Assembly (NCBI GenBank): GCA_000934665.2
Contig: KZ538197.1
Span: forward strand, 1 to 64,000
Direction: 5' to 3'
From: Catajapyx aquilonaris
Lineage: Eukaryota
DNA: 64,000 nucleotides
The position numbers were made by a program, and so were the translations under genes. The stretch's first letter is position 1. Each line of letters opens with the position of its first letter. Below the pieces are notes generated by a model, which had not been told where the DNA came from, ran no database searches, and saw nothing but the letters and a program-made list of their open reading frames with translations. Shown in pieces: positions 1 through 12,120 of the stretch.

Positions 1-172
1 GGAGGCAACTCTTGATGACGTCAAAGTAAGTTTCCTTATGGAAAGCAGGTTTACGAAAACGGCCGCGGCCTCATGGGGAGGCGACAGTTCCACCAAAAAG
101 ATGAGCACACGGCCAGTATGGAACAGCATAGGGAGTCAGTCACTCTGTATTATTTACTCTTGATGATACATA

Positions 173-1926
173 TCACAGCATCCTCCTTGTTGTAAACTGA
201 TACTATTTTTCCCGAATCTGTCCCAAACAATCCAAACCCTTTCTTCTGCTCTTTGGCAGAAAATAGTAATCCTTTATCAGTGAGATTTGGAGGCTCGGAA
301 AATTCTACCCACGTGTAGCACCATTGAACTTGTTAAGAGATGGTTTGTTAGAAAGATGTTGCTAGTATCAGTGACATCTCTAAGTATATAGCAGATACTC
401 ACAGTCAGTAAATGGCATATGAACTCACCTGCCCCTGACCAAATAGATCCGTTCACGGTAAAAAACACGCTATTGTCAGATATCGGCAATTCTGTTTTGT
501 TGTCTGCAGCGAGAATCACCACCTGTTCAACATACTGGTCTGTAGAGGCAAAGCGACCCTTCTCCATATCCCATAAGACGAGCATTGGTAAGAAAAGCAA
601 TGGCAGTAACTATCGCAGTGGCCATACGCACCCGTAATATTTTCCAACCGACAGCTTCATGTGCACTATACGGTAGCACCAACACCAACCCGTCCTGTTG
701 TACTAGACGCAGGAGCCTTTGATGCCTTGTCTCATCTCCCACTTCAGCAGCCCTATTAACAATCAGGTAGTAATGCTAATGGATCAGATGACCATATCAT
801 GGCATACTTTTGTCAGCATCGAGTGAGCCACAGGCAAAATCAATAATGCCAGCAGTAGGTCACGTAACCAAACCCATAACTCTTTTCCCAACACCTTTAA
901 AAAATCCCTCCACACCTTCTTCTCATTCTCCGGATATTGGCTTCATGATTACTCCAAACACACCATCAACAACGTCCTGTATAGAGTCAAAGTTATACAT
1001 TACACACTGCCAAATGGCATGAGACCATGTTACACTTACCATAACAAGACCTTTGCCACTCTGAGCTAGTCCAGATTCTAGATCAGCTGGGCGCTGGTTC
1101 AAAGCCTGTATACTCTTAAACTGGTAATCTTCATCCATGCTTAGAGCTGCTGTGCTCTTGCTGAGAGTCCCTGTGATTCAGGAAACTTAGTAGGGAAACC
1201 GCTCCGGCTGCTCCACCTACAGTGTGTCCTACTCGACTTCTCATACCCAGAGCCAGACCTTCCACAAATAAATTCTCCTGGCCCTTGAATTGCTCTCCTG
1301 TGAAAAACCATGATTTTCATCTTGCATCCATATTATTGTCTCTCAAGTGTTCCTCGTTTGGAATGGCTCGTAGAATAAATCTTCCACTCCTTGAGTGATC
1401 CCCAAAACCAGTCTGAAAGGATTTCCAATTACATCCAAACCCAGCACCAGGACATACAGCTGCATGATCGCTTGGCCCGTACAGTGAATTGTGGCATGCT
1501 GTATCAGCTACTGGTTGGTTATAAATTATGTTCACGTTCACGTTCAAAATAAGCCAACCTGTTTGAAAGACATTGGTAATATCGCAGCAAATAGCATTTC
1601 AGGTATTTTACAAACCTGAACACAACATCCTGTATCTTTGTGACAGTGACGCCAACACTCTGTAGAAGCAAGTTGAGGAAGTTGGTGTGTAATTGAGCAG
1701 GCCCTGATCCTTTAGGCCCATTACCACCACCCATGGAGAAGCTCACATGAACCTGTAAATGACCAATATGTAAGGCACATGCAAGCAAAATGAAAAGTCA
1801 CCTCACCTTGAGTGGGGAGAAATGTAATAGGTCAAAGAAGTTCTTCTGGTCCTGTATGCTTTGAAGAACCACATGATACATCAGAGGTGCATCAACCAAT
1901 TCCAAATACTTTTTGAACAACTTTTC
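173..1926 (-). pseudogene. VPS13: Intron-retaining pseudogene fragment of a VPS13A/C-like lipid-transfer protein (C-terminal ATG2_C and PH regions)
   Basis: Exon remnants at ~1926-1807, 1752-1616, 1558-~1360, ~1287-1040, 976-808, 752-632, 570-429 and ~329-173. They translate to VPS13 motifs [103 protein letters not shown] and KKGFGLFG. Disabled by in-frame stops, frameshifts (1-nt loss near 1523, ATTT duplication near 1268, 13-nt insertion near 1190) and mutated splice sites. Confidence 0.85.
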
Positions 1927-3768
1927 CTGCAAACCACAATGTAGTATACTTGTCCATTCCTGCCACCAGAATATCTTAATCTTCTTCCAAACACATAATG
2001 GGAAAGGTTTATGAGAAAACACAACATAATTAATAGCATTTTATTTGATCATTGGAAAAGAACACAGAGCAAAAAAAAAAATCAAAATGTAATATGACAA
2101 AATAAAGTAAATGGGGTACATTGTTAATATTCTTCTGCTTCATTCTTCCAGTTTGGGTTTCACATGACTCATGCTCAAACATGATAGTACCCAATCAATA
2201 ACATAATTATACTTCTTCGCATGTGGCCATTTTCACTGGCTCTTTGAAAATTACAAAGACAAACTTGCAAACATAGTGTGAAACACTGCACCGTAATAAC
2301 CTGTACATGTGACATAAGGCTGGTTTATTCTACAAAGATGCAGTATTGCACAAAGCTAAATTGCCCAAGTCAAACAATTACATACCCAGTTCTGCCCCAT
2401 CTGCATCTATAATGCAATCATTGCATGGGTTGCATCAAAGAATGCCATTATTATTGCATGCGTCAAATACTTTGTTACTTGTGGCATAATTTCTGATAAG
2501 TCACTTAAACCATCTTCCCCTTACATGCATATGCTTGTTGTTGCATTTAAGCTTACTTGATCATACCCTTCATCACATCAGATATACGCCAACAGAAGTC
2601 CCTTATAGTAGTGTCATTGCATTGAAAATATGCGAGACTTCAAGTGATTCAAGGCTTACATCCCTCTCTCTCTCAAGCACAAGTCTGCCTTAATTTCAGC
2701 ATTTGATTCTCAACACAGAGAGTAAGAAATTCATGAAGAATGTGATTAGGAGTGATTCTTCTGTGGTACACCATTTTTCATTTGAAATAGAAGTGCAGTA
2801 CTCAAGTACTATTTCGAAGTCATTAGCAGGTTTTTAAAAAGCTGCTCCAAAAGTAGGGCTAACAGAAATCTAGAATGTTTGGTTCTTTGGAGGCTAATGG
2901 CACAAAAGCAACATATTCCATCTGCACCAGTAGAGCCAGTATCTGCCTTGGAGGCAAGCATTAATGCCAGTGACCGTGCCAGTGCCAAGGGCAATTCTTG
3001 ATTCACCTTATAAAATTGTGCCATTAGTAGGTCAAGTTTTCCTTTCTTGCATTGATCCCCAGCACCTGACAAAAAGCTACTTTACCAACAGACACCAAGT
3101 CATGGCACCTCATTCTAATACTTGTAAAAGAAATATACACACACATACACACAACATGAATTACAATAGTAGTGACAAGGTCACACAGGTTCATAAGCAT
3201 AAACTGATTTTCAAAACTCACAACCAAAGTACTTGCCATAAAGGGAAAAATTACCCTTCTCTAATCATACGGCATCACTTTCGATATTAAACTGGACCCA
3301 TGTTCAATTCTCTGCATTACCCCCTCATTGGCACTGATGCAACAGAACCAAAACTCTTTGCTTCTGCATGTGAGTAATGTGGCTCTCATGACACAACCAT
3401 GTAAACACATTTGTCATGTACAGCAAGCAATCTTCACCTATGGCGCATTAACAGCAATCATTGACATGGACATACGATTGCAGCGTTAGCAGAATGACGA
3501 GACACACTCGATCCCTGAGTGAAATAATTGATGTCTCACCAGAAATTGGGCCCCAAAAATAGGCAGGAAAACCATTGCCTTCTTTCATGCAATAATAAAG
3601 CTAGGCCAGCACAGCAGCCATATTTTGATACAATCTATGTACATTATTTTGCAGTATGACATACAGAGTGTGGCATAATATTTAATACCAAGTCAAATGT
3701 AATCTGCACCTAGTGCATGACCAGCCCCCTGACACTCATACCCCAGCTCTATAGTGTATAAATCCCCC

Positions 3769-4042
3769 TTCAGGGGGTAGACAGGGTGGTAATGCGTTTT
3801 TTGGCTGTTGCAGTGCTAAACTGTTGCGGAGATTGCAGCGAACCTAGCGGGCCAAGATGCTTTTAATAGAAGACACTGTAGGAATCTACCGTGCTGCTAC
3901 AGAGCAAAGGAGCCCCGCTAGGTATGTGACAATCGCTGCAACAATTTAGCGCTACAGTGGCCAAAAAAAGCATTACCACCCCGTCTACTCCCTGAACGCG
4001 ATAAGAGGGGGAGTGACCAGACCTGAGTATTATAAGACCTTG
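3769..4042. mobile_element. Palindromic MITE-like element
   Basis: ~80-bp inverted arms (~3769-3851 / ~3914-3996). The right end GGAGTGACCAGACCT..TATAAGACC is shared with the element ending at 10083. Confidence 0.65.
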
Positions 4043-4164
4043 TGCATGACTATCCTTCCATGTGACTACTACACAGGGTGTTTCAAATAAAAGGCCATGG
4101 TTAGCAGTTTTTTGGCACTATGCTGCTAGTTTTAAAGTGATTACTTTTGCACAGTTATTTTAGT

Positions 4165-4396
4165 GACCGAAGCAGGTTGGCATGGTGGATAAGGCATCCC
4201 ACTGCTAATCGGGAGGTCCTGGGATCGAATCCCGAGGCGAACGATCCTGACCGTGTTTTTCTGTGGTTTTCCACGGACTTCCTAGGATAATTCCGGGGTT
4301 GCTTCCGTATAATAGGCCACAGCCGCTTCCTTCCTTCCCTATCCTTGGAGGTTGAAGAGGCAATGCCGGGCCAACCTCCCTAATATCAATTATAAG
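4165..4396 (+). mobile_element. tRNA-derived SINE, family A (short copy)
   Basis: A/B-box head followed by GTTTTTCTGTGGTTTTCC...ATAGGCCACAGCCGCTTCCTTCC. Homologous to the copies at ~20750 and 32773. Confidence 0.8.
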
Positions 4397-5741
4397 AGTT
4401 ACTTTTAGTGGTAATGAAAGTATTATTATCTACTAATATTAGGCAGAATTGAATCTCTCTCATCTACCCAAGCTGTGTGATTTGTAATACATTTCCAATT
4501 GGCTTGGAACATGAATGAAGTTATTTTTCCAGGCAAGACCCCTTCGTCAGCCTTTTCAAATGACGGCCACACAAGGAAATATTCAGCTAATACTGTTCAG
4601 AATCACAATAACGATGTAAAAGTAAATGCTCAAAATTAAGCAGCTTATTGCCAAAACCCCTCCAACCACTACGGATAATTCAATGGAAACACATTATATA
4701 TTTTAGGTCCAAAGTCCAAAGATGGATTTCCCTTGTAGAACATTTTGTGTGCTGCGACTCGGAGAATGTAGAAAATCCTGGCTAGCAGGATCGTTATGAA
4801 TCTTTATAATTAAATGATCTTCATCAAGCAATAGAGCAGAAAAAATGCCACTTAGTGATGTAAATGATTCAAAACCACCAAAATTCGATAGTGGATTTCT
4901 CTTTCATGCCCACATCATCTTCATGCATACTGTCACATTCCATGAAACAAGGTTGTCAGATTACATCTATCCTGTCATCACATAACCGGGTTACATTAAA
5001 TGGGTACACCACAATGCACCACCCTGTGTGTAGAAGAGAATCATCACCTAAAGGTAATAATCTTTGTCTATCATTAAGAGAGTAGGGTGTATAAAAATTA
5101 GCCTTGAAAGCATCGTTGAATGCATCTTGTCAGCCATAATGCCAACAATTTATTCTTACAGCATACATAAATTGACCCCTTCCACAACCAAAGCAAAAGT
5201 AAACAGCTATCTATATGTATACTAAATAATCTTCAACATGATCCATACAGTGGATGTACAGCAACCACCCATCTGAAATCAATCCTCGACCGCGAAACAA
5301 AATTACATACAACTACAGATTTATCAGAGCATACATAAGCGTCTGACAATGCAGTAGGGCAGTCATATAATCTCGACTAGTCCATGTAACATCTTCAGTT
5401 ACTGGAAATTGAAAGAGGAAGGACCCATGAGAAAGTGCATTTTTCCACTGCCATTATCGCTAAACGGTTGCTTTGAAGTATAATGTGTCAAGCAAGTGTA
5501 TTTCACACTGCACAAGATGCACAATTTACCCACCATTATAGTAACAAAAAACACATGCAAGTTAATTAAAAAAGAAATATATCATAAAGGAGAAAAAAAA
5601 TATATGTATATATCACCTTGGCTGGCACAAATGTAAAATTGCCATCTTTTTTAACACCATCCTCGTAAATGTTAACCATTACAAAATTTTAAACTGCAAT
5701 TGTGAACCCAGGATTTCATAAACATGTGCAACTCCCAACAC

Positions 5742-8700
5742 TTATATGGCATCGATGTCCAGGTCATCCTCGCCATCCTCCTTAGCCAACTTGTTAGCTG
5801 CCACACTCTTATCAGTTCCTCGTGAAGATGCAGCACGCCCATTGTATTCGATCTGAAATTTTTTTGGCTATGTAAATAACATACTCAGAACTACTCACAT
5901 ATGCTTATTCAGAGTAGTCAGTAATTCCTGCATTTGCTTCAGATGGGGCAATTCCTTGCCCAATGGACGGTGTTATGCTATAATGGGTCAACCCACAAAA
6001 ATGTCAAAACTGAGTGAAGCCCAGGAACATACACCCAAAGTTGGCGAAATCTTTACACTTCTGCCACAAATGACTGAAAAGTTAACTTACAAATGGTGTG
6101 CATGGACGGTGTCATGCAATAATTTGTCAACCCACAAAAATGTCAAAATTGAGCTAAGCCCAGAACCTATGGGATCCTACTTCACTCTTTTAAAATCTCG
6201 CCGGTGAAATCTGCATACTTTTGCCATAACTGACCGAAAAGACCACTAAATTAATTTCACGGATATGACCTTCAAAGCCCTTTTTCTCAAAACTGGTCTC
6301 ATGTGGTTGACTTATTATTGCATAACAATGTCCAATTCTAAGACTGAAACACCATACATTATTTTTGGCTGTGGTGGAATATTTCAGAGTGCAAGAAAAG
6401 GCCACTTAAAGTGTAAGTCTCTCACTCTCTGTATGGACTGTCCTGTAGTTCCATAACTGACTGCAATAGTCAGTGAATGTGAATGTGTCTTATCAATAAA
6501 AACTGCCAAAACTAACCAGAAAGTCAAAAGACCCAGCAATAAAAAGAAGCAGAACAAAATGAATTATCAAAACCACAAGTCTAGCACTGACCTCTTCATC
6601 GCCCTCATCATCTTCGTTGCTTTCATCATCATCATCATTACTCTCCTCTTCTTCAGCTTCCTGCAACCACTTCAAGAAAGGCTCTGCCTTAGCATGTATC
6701 TCAGCACTCATCTCCTTGCTGACATACTTCTTCCCCACCTTCTTGCCCCATTCCAAAAGCGTTTCTTCCTCAATGATGTCAGCATCATAAAACACCTAGA
6801 GAAGCAGCATTAGTGACTGTCTGAGTCTACCAAAAAAACCAGCAACATACCTTTAATATGATGGGAACTTTGCTCAGCAGGACTTCCTTGTGTAGGTTGA
6901 TAGTCTGCTCTATGCCATGAAGCAAGTACTTCTGGGCTTTTTGATTATCATGGGTGAAACGTAGCAACAGGATTCGATGGGTCTTCACCTGAGTCAAGAT
7001 GTACTGAGTGAAAAGCAGTTCGGCAAGAATGACCGGAGCCTTGTGCTTGATCTCCAGACGTTCAGCCATAGCAAGAATCTCCTTGTCAGTTCCTTCCAGC
7101 TTTCCTTCGTCCCGTTTGGTCTTGACAAACTCGTAGAATAGATCAACACGCTCCTTTTCAGTTTTCTCCAGGTCGTCAGTAACTGCCAAGCTCTTGACTC
7201 CTTCACTCAAATCCTGCATGCGAGCACGCACAGCTTCCTCACTCACATCCACAGCCCAGTCATCATCGTCATCCTGAGGACAGACCAGGATGTGAGTTCA
7301 TACAAAAACTCAGTAGAAAACACAAAATGAAAGTGTGTCCCTCCAGCAAGCACATATCAACCCTTTGTCTCCCGTTGGATTATGCACTCTTTGGGTGGGG
7401 GTTTAAAAGTAGCACCCTAGGTGAAAATCATTGGATCTGGCACCATTGGTTTCGCTCTCGACTCATGCACAAGATGGGGCTGAAGCGTCCGAGACCGACA
7501 AACCCGAGTTGCATCTTGAGAGAGAGCTGTATCAACAGTGCAAAAAGAACTGTCCCAGTCATCCTGACGTGTGGGCTGGCCGCTCGACACACACCATGTA
7601 AATTACATGGTGTGTGTCGAGCGGGCAGCACACACATCAGGATGACTGGGACAATTCTTTTTGAACTGATGATACCGCCTCATATGCTATGCACGAGAAG
7701 GTGCTATGCACGAGAAGGTGCTATGCACGAGAAGGTGCTATGCACGAGTCATCCTATTGTGACATTTTTGTGGGTTTTTTTAGGCGGTTTCCACCCCTCG
7801 TAATAATCCAAGATAATTCTACATGATTGCTCACTCCCTCTGATAAATTATAAAAACATTAAGTGTCAGTTAAAATTGGTTTAAATGTCTAGTTTAAAGC
7901 AAGGTAATGTGAGCCACAAGGTGCAAGAAAAGGCGGCTCAGGTGGCAAGCGGGCACCACCTAGAGCTCAGAGCGGTCTGCCCGGCCAGGCCCGGCCAATT
8001 AGGAGCGAGAACACTTTTTCGACCGAAATGGCAGTGGGGGAGTTTGCCTACCCTTGACAGATTGTTCTGATTTTTCCCAGGGCGAAAAGTAAGTCGCAGA
8101 ATATCATAATTTTTTTAAGGGAGACAAAGGGTTAAGGTCCATATCTACATCATATTTCATAGGATTCAACCCATTGAACTTTTAAATTTCCCAACCAAAT
8201 GCAATGGCTTGAATTATGGCCTGATAGGAGTAGGGCTCTCTTTCCCAACTGTCCATTCAGAGCTTGAAGATGTTTCATTATTTTCTTAGATTTTCAAGAC
8301 TTTTGTAGCAGGAATATTCCAAGTAGGACAACTCTTCCAAAACAAAGAATTCCTGCAAGCAGCACCAGCAAGAAAACAATTTTGAAGTGACACCATTGAT
8401 ATGTAAACTAATAGCAAATTAAGAAGCAGACTAATTGCTTGCAACATATTGCATGATATTTCACAACACTAGAGTAGACATTGACAAGAAACTGGGAAAG
8501 ACTGAAATGCATTTCGTACCACTTAGCAGTGAGAACACCCTTTCGCCTGGATTTTATAGTGAGATTATAAATGAGTACCGTATGTCTAAACCTATGTTAT
8601 AAAAATTGCTGCCTGTGTACCCTGGTTATACTAGTTTTACCCCACCACCAGTTCAAGATATTAATACTCACATCATCTTTCTCTCCACCGCCAAATTCAC

Positions 8701-11700
8701 CATCAGAATTATCATCACGCCCTGTGCCAGACTGATCTCCATTCATTTCACCATTTTGTTTCTTAGCTCTCTTCCCTCGCTTCCCCTCAGTCAAGGAGGA
8801 ACCCTGGGCTGCAGGATTTTGGTCTGCAAATAACAATGTGCCACTTACAACATAGAAGTATTCATATCCTGTGTATAACAGAATTGAGCTCTCATCCATA
8901 TTGGTGGACATATCAGAGGCACTCACCCCTGTGAATTCACCTTCAAGTTTGGCATAAATCATACTAACCACCAAAAAGCCCATTATGTGGGATTTCCAAA
9001 GGTGTCTGTAACTGACTTTAAAGTGATGTGACAGGAGCACCCCACACAATATTTATCAGTACAGGAAAGATCCTGACTTGTCACGCACATTACATCCCAA
9101 ATGTTTAGGAAAGAAATTCTCAGTATCTATCCGATGCCAGACCACTTGGCAAGTATGTCAACATGGATGCTTCCATTCAATCTAATAACGTCATCGAAAA
9201 AGAATGCCCCAATTTTGAAAACTCTAACTCAAAAACTTGTCGACATATCTTAATCATTTCAGTTTTGAAATGCTCAGAAGTGTCTAAAGTTTTGGCCTTA
9301 CCATAATTTGTTTCAACATGAGCTCCATTTGCCGCTCGAAAAATTTGAGTACTGTAATTGGTATCATGCCAAACCCGCTCATGCATGTCTGGATTACCGT
9401 TGCAATCTTATCCCGTAGGTGCTGGTGATCTTTTCACCATACATGGGTCTTCACAAAAAAGTCCATCAGGGTAAGATCTGGGCTTCTGGAGGGGATAGGC
9501 ATAGCGAAATTTCTCATTAAAGACTTCGCACACTGGGAGGCTGAACACAATAAGTCGCCTCATCCACGAAACAGGAAAGTTTGTTTCGTGGATGAGGCGA
9601 CTTATTATGTGAATCATCAATAACAATGTGTGTGATGTAAAGACCCAAGATATCCATTACTATGGGACAGGATTGCAACGGTAACTCCAGATATGATTGA
9701 TAGGGTTTGGCACAGCCCACGGACACTTATACTACGTTCTGGCGTTATCACCTGCCGAAGCCTTTTGCAGCGGGTGCTCACCTGAGACAGCCATGAGACA
9801 TTTCGGAGGCCAGGATAAGTGGCGACCCTACCGGATTAGGCTGAACTTTATAGGTACCAAAGGGGAGGGCTACATGCTGGCCCAACATGGCCGACCGCGG
9901 CATGTTGGGCCCCCCAATGTAGCCCTCCCCTTTCGTACCTATAAAGTTCAGCCTTAGTCCGGTAGGGTCGTCACTTATCCTGGCCTCCGAAATGTCTCAT
10001 GGCGCTCTCAGGTGAGCAACTTCTGCAAAACACGTCGGCAGGGGGTGGGTGGGAGTGACCAGACCTTACTTATATGACCGTGGTTTGGCACAACACCGAT
10101 TACCACCTTTTTTATCTGCCAAGCAACACATGAAGATCATATCAAAACAAACTAAGTTGAGACCAAAACTTTAGACCTTTCTTAGCATTTCAAAATTTAA
10201 ATCATTCAGATATGTCTACAGGTTTCCAAGTTATAGGGTTTTCAAATTGGGACATTCTTTTTTGATGACCCTGTATATTTTTCTGTTCCTGTAACAGAAA
10301 AAACTAAATATCTTGAAATTCCTATGTACTGAGGAGCATAAAATAAGGAGAGGTACAACAATGAAGAACCACTGCTTAACACAAATTCTGTTCATTTAGC
10401 TATTTTCAGTATAACAATAAAGGTGACTTCTCGTGTTGACCGATAAAAGAAATGACCATTACTTCAATCCCATTTACGCCAATGCGTCACGATTACATCA
10501 TCAGCTTGGGGTACACATTTCCAAAGTAAATGGATGCTTTGCCATCTAATGGGGTCGTTACCAAGGTTCAAGGACGTTTTTAGCAGCCAAAATCATGATG
10601 TCTGAAAATCGAGGCTTAGAGATGCTATAGTGAGAGGTTTGTGATGGCACATTTTTAACAAATTCTCTATTTATCAAACCACTCTCTTCATAGGGTGTCT
10701 CAGCCTGGTTTTCCCAATGTGAAATTTTGGCTGCTAAAAATTTCCATGGGCCTCAGTTTTGTTGTTGTGGTTGTTTTTTTTTTCGTGATACCCCTTGCCA
10801 CCCCTTACGGGGTATTGGGGGGGGGGGGGNGGGGGGGGGCAACTAATTGCCCCAAGAATTATTGATGTAGTTCAATATTAACTGGTGCCTTGTACACTCA
10901 TACACCTGGGCCCATGGGCAGGGTAACTAGGAGGGGATGCACAAAGTGCAGTGCAAATGACTAATATGGGTACATTTTGTGAGCTCCCCAGGGTGGTTAT
11001 GTCAAGGATCACCACCCTAGACATAGCCAGAGACGACCCAACTCTGCATGAGATAAAGGGGGGGAAAGCCCGGGCTGGGGATCAGACCCGGGACCCTTAT
11101 ATCCGTGGGAGCATACGTTACCGCAGCGCCACTACGTCTCCCTAACCATGGGCCTCAGTCATGCCTGTATTATGTAATATAATTTTGACGTGGCTGATAC
11201 ATGGAATGAAATAAAGAGCCCTACACCATCGCTTATTTGGCCCACATGAGGAAGGGTATGCAGCTATTATGTAATGCCATGAGTAACCTAATACTGTACT
11301 TCATGATTGCTAAAAATCAGCTACCGGACAGTTGCACTAGCATGATTCAGCTTCAGGTACAGTTAGCCATTGTCATCATGACAAGAAACCAAACAACAAC
11401 AAGGGTACACCTGTAATTCAATCTGAATCTTGCCCTGGTGCAACTGGCCCTAAATTAGCTTAATTTCTGTAAGGGTCTTCCTAATTCAACAACCCTATAT
11501 AATGCCAATGCCCATTAATGCAGAACTTTGTGATGACAAGAGTGAAGGCAACATCTACATAATTATGTGCTCACCTGGTGGATTCTTGAGGATGAAAGTG
11601 ATAAGCTTGTGGCGTCCATCAAGGGGACCGTTGTATCCACAAGCTTTGCAGATTTGGATTACGACTTTCTTATGTTGGACACGGAGGCTAGTCTCAGGAT

Positions 11701-12086
11701 TTTCACATTCTGGGCAGAGGACAAATTTCTTGATAAAGCCATCGAGGAGGTCTTGTAATTTAACAGCATCGTGTGAGCCATTCACAATGAAGCGATCATT
11801 CTTAAAATCAAATTGGGTTTGTGCACCAAGCTCACAGCCAAAGTATTTGGTAGGATCTGAAAATGAGGAAGACTCGTAGTGAACTGCAAACGTTATTAAA
11901 CAAATTAAAATACTTGAACAGGATCTTACAGGTTGGGGGTCTGCTGAGTGCCTTGGCAATGTCTGCCATGTTGACGATAACCGTCTTGATGCCATTGCCC
12001 TTGCCTTCAACTTTGGCACAGAGGCGTGGCATCTTGTATCGGTAAAAGGCATCGCTAACACTGCGATTGACATTGACACTCCCCAT
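5742..12086 (-). CDS. eIF5: Eukaryotic translation initiation factor 5 (442 aa, 6 coding exons)
   Basis: Exons 12086-11930, 11856-11575, 8823-8672, 7273-6851, 6795-6592 and 5852-5742 are all GT-AG and phase-consistent (1329 nt). N-terminus [49 protein letters not shown] and CKACG zinc ribbon; W2 acidic/aromatic boxes ([29 protein letters not shown]); ends DDLDIDAI*. The start is in strong ACC-ATG-G context. Confidence 0.96.
5960..6465. repeat. Degenerate tandem repeat (~150-bp units, ~3 copies) in last eIF5 intron
   Basis: Recurring GTCAACCCACAAAAATGTCAAAA..GAG..AAGCCCAG and CCATAACTGAC motifs. Confidence 0.55.
7361..8131. mobile_element. Non-autonomous piggyBac-type element with internal palindrome and 17-bp tandem repeat
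   Basis: Perfect 13-bp TIRs CCCTTTGTCTCCC/GGGAGACAAAGGG flanked by TCAA and TTAA. Internal palindrome ~7530-7674. TGCTATGCACGAGAAGG x3.8 at 7685-7748. Confidence 0.75.
9177..10275. mobile_element. Tc1/mariner-derived fold-back element, interrupted by a nested MITE
   Basis: Inverted arms encode decayed transposase C-terminus (..[19 protein letters not shown]). Right end ACCCTGTA. Homologous to 32029-32749. Confidence 0.7.
9716..10083. mobile_element. Nested palindromic MITE
   Basis: Near-perfect fold-back centred near 9897. Ends CCACGG..CCGTGG, with TTTGGCACA repeated on both sides. Confidence 0.75.
10758..11145 (-). mobile_element. tRNA-derived SINE, family C, with 14-bp TSD
   Basis: TSD CCATGGGCCTCAGT at 10744-10757 and 11146-11159. 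Head GTGGCGCTGCGGTAACGTA..GGTCCCGGGT shared with the 30182 copy. A-rich tail. Confidence 0.8.
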
Positions 12087-12120
12087 GGTGAATGCTGTAC
12101 CTCTCCCACGGTCCCCTTAA

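Noticed and set aside
808..1200. In-frame TGA codons as selenocysteine or readthrough in VPS13
   Set aside because: They occupy Arg/Lys positions and co-occur with frameshifts, a TAG and broken splice sites.
7685..7748. 17-bp direct repeats as a CRISPR array
   Set aside because: The units are contiguous with no spacers, lie in a TE inside a eukaryotic intron, and have no cas genes nearby.
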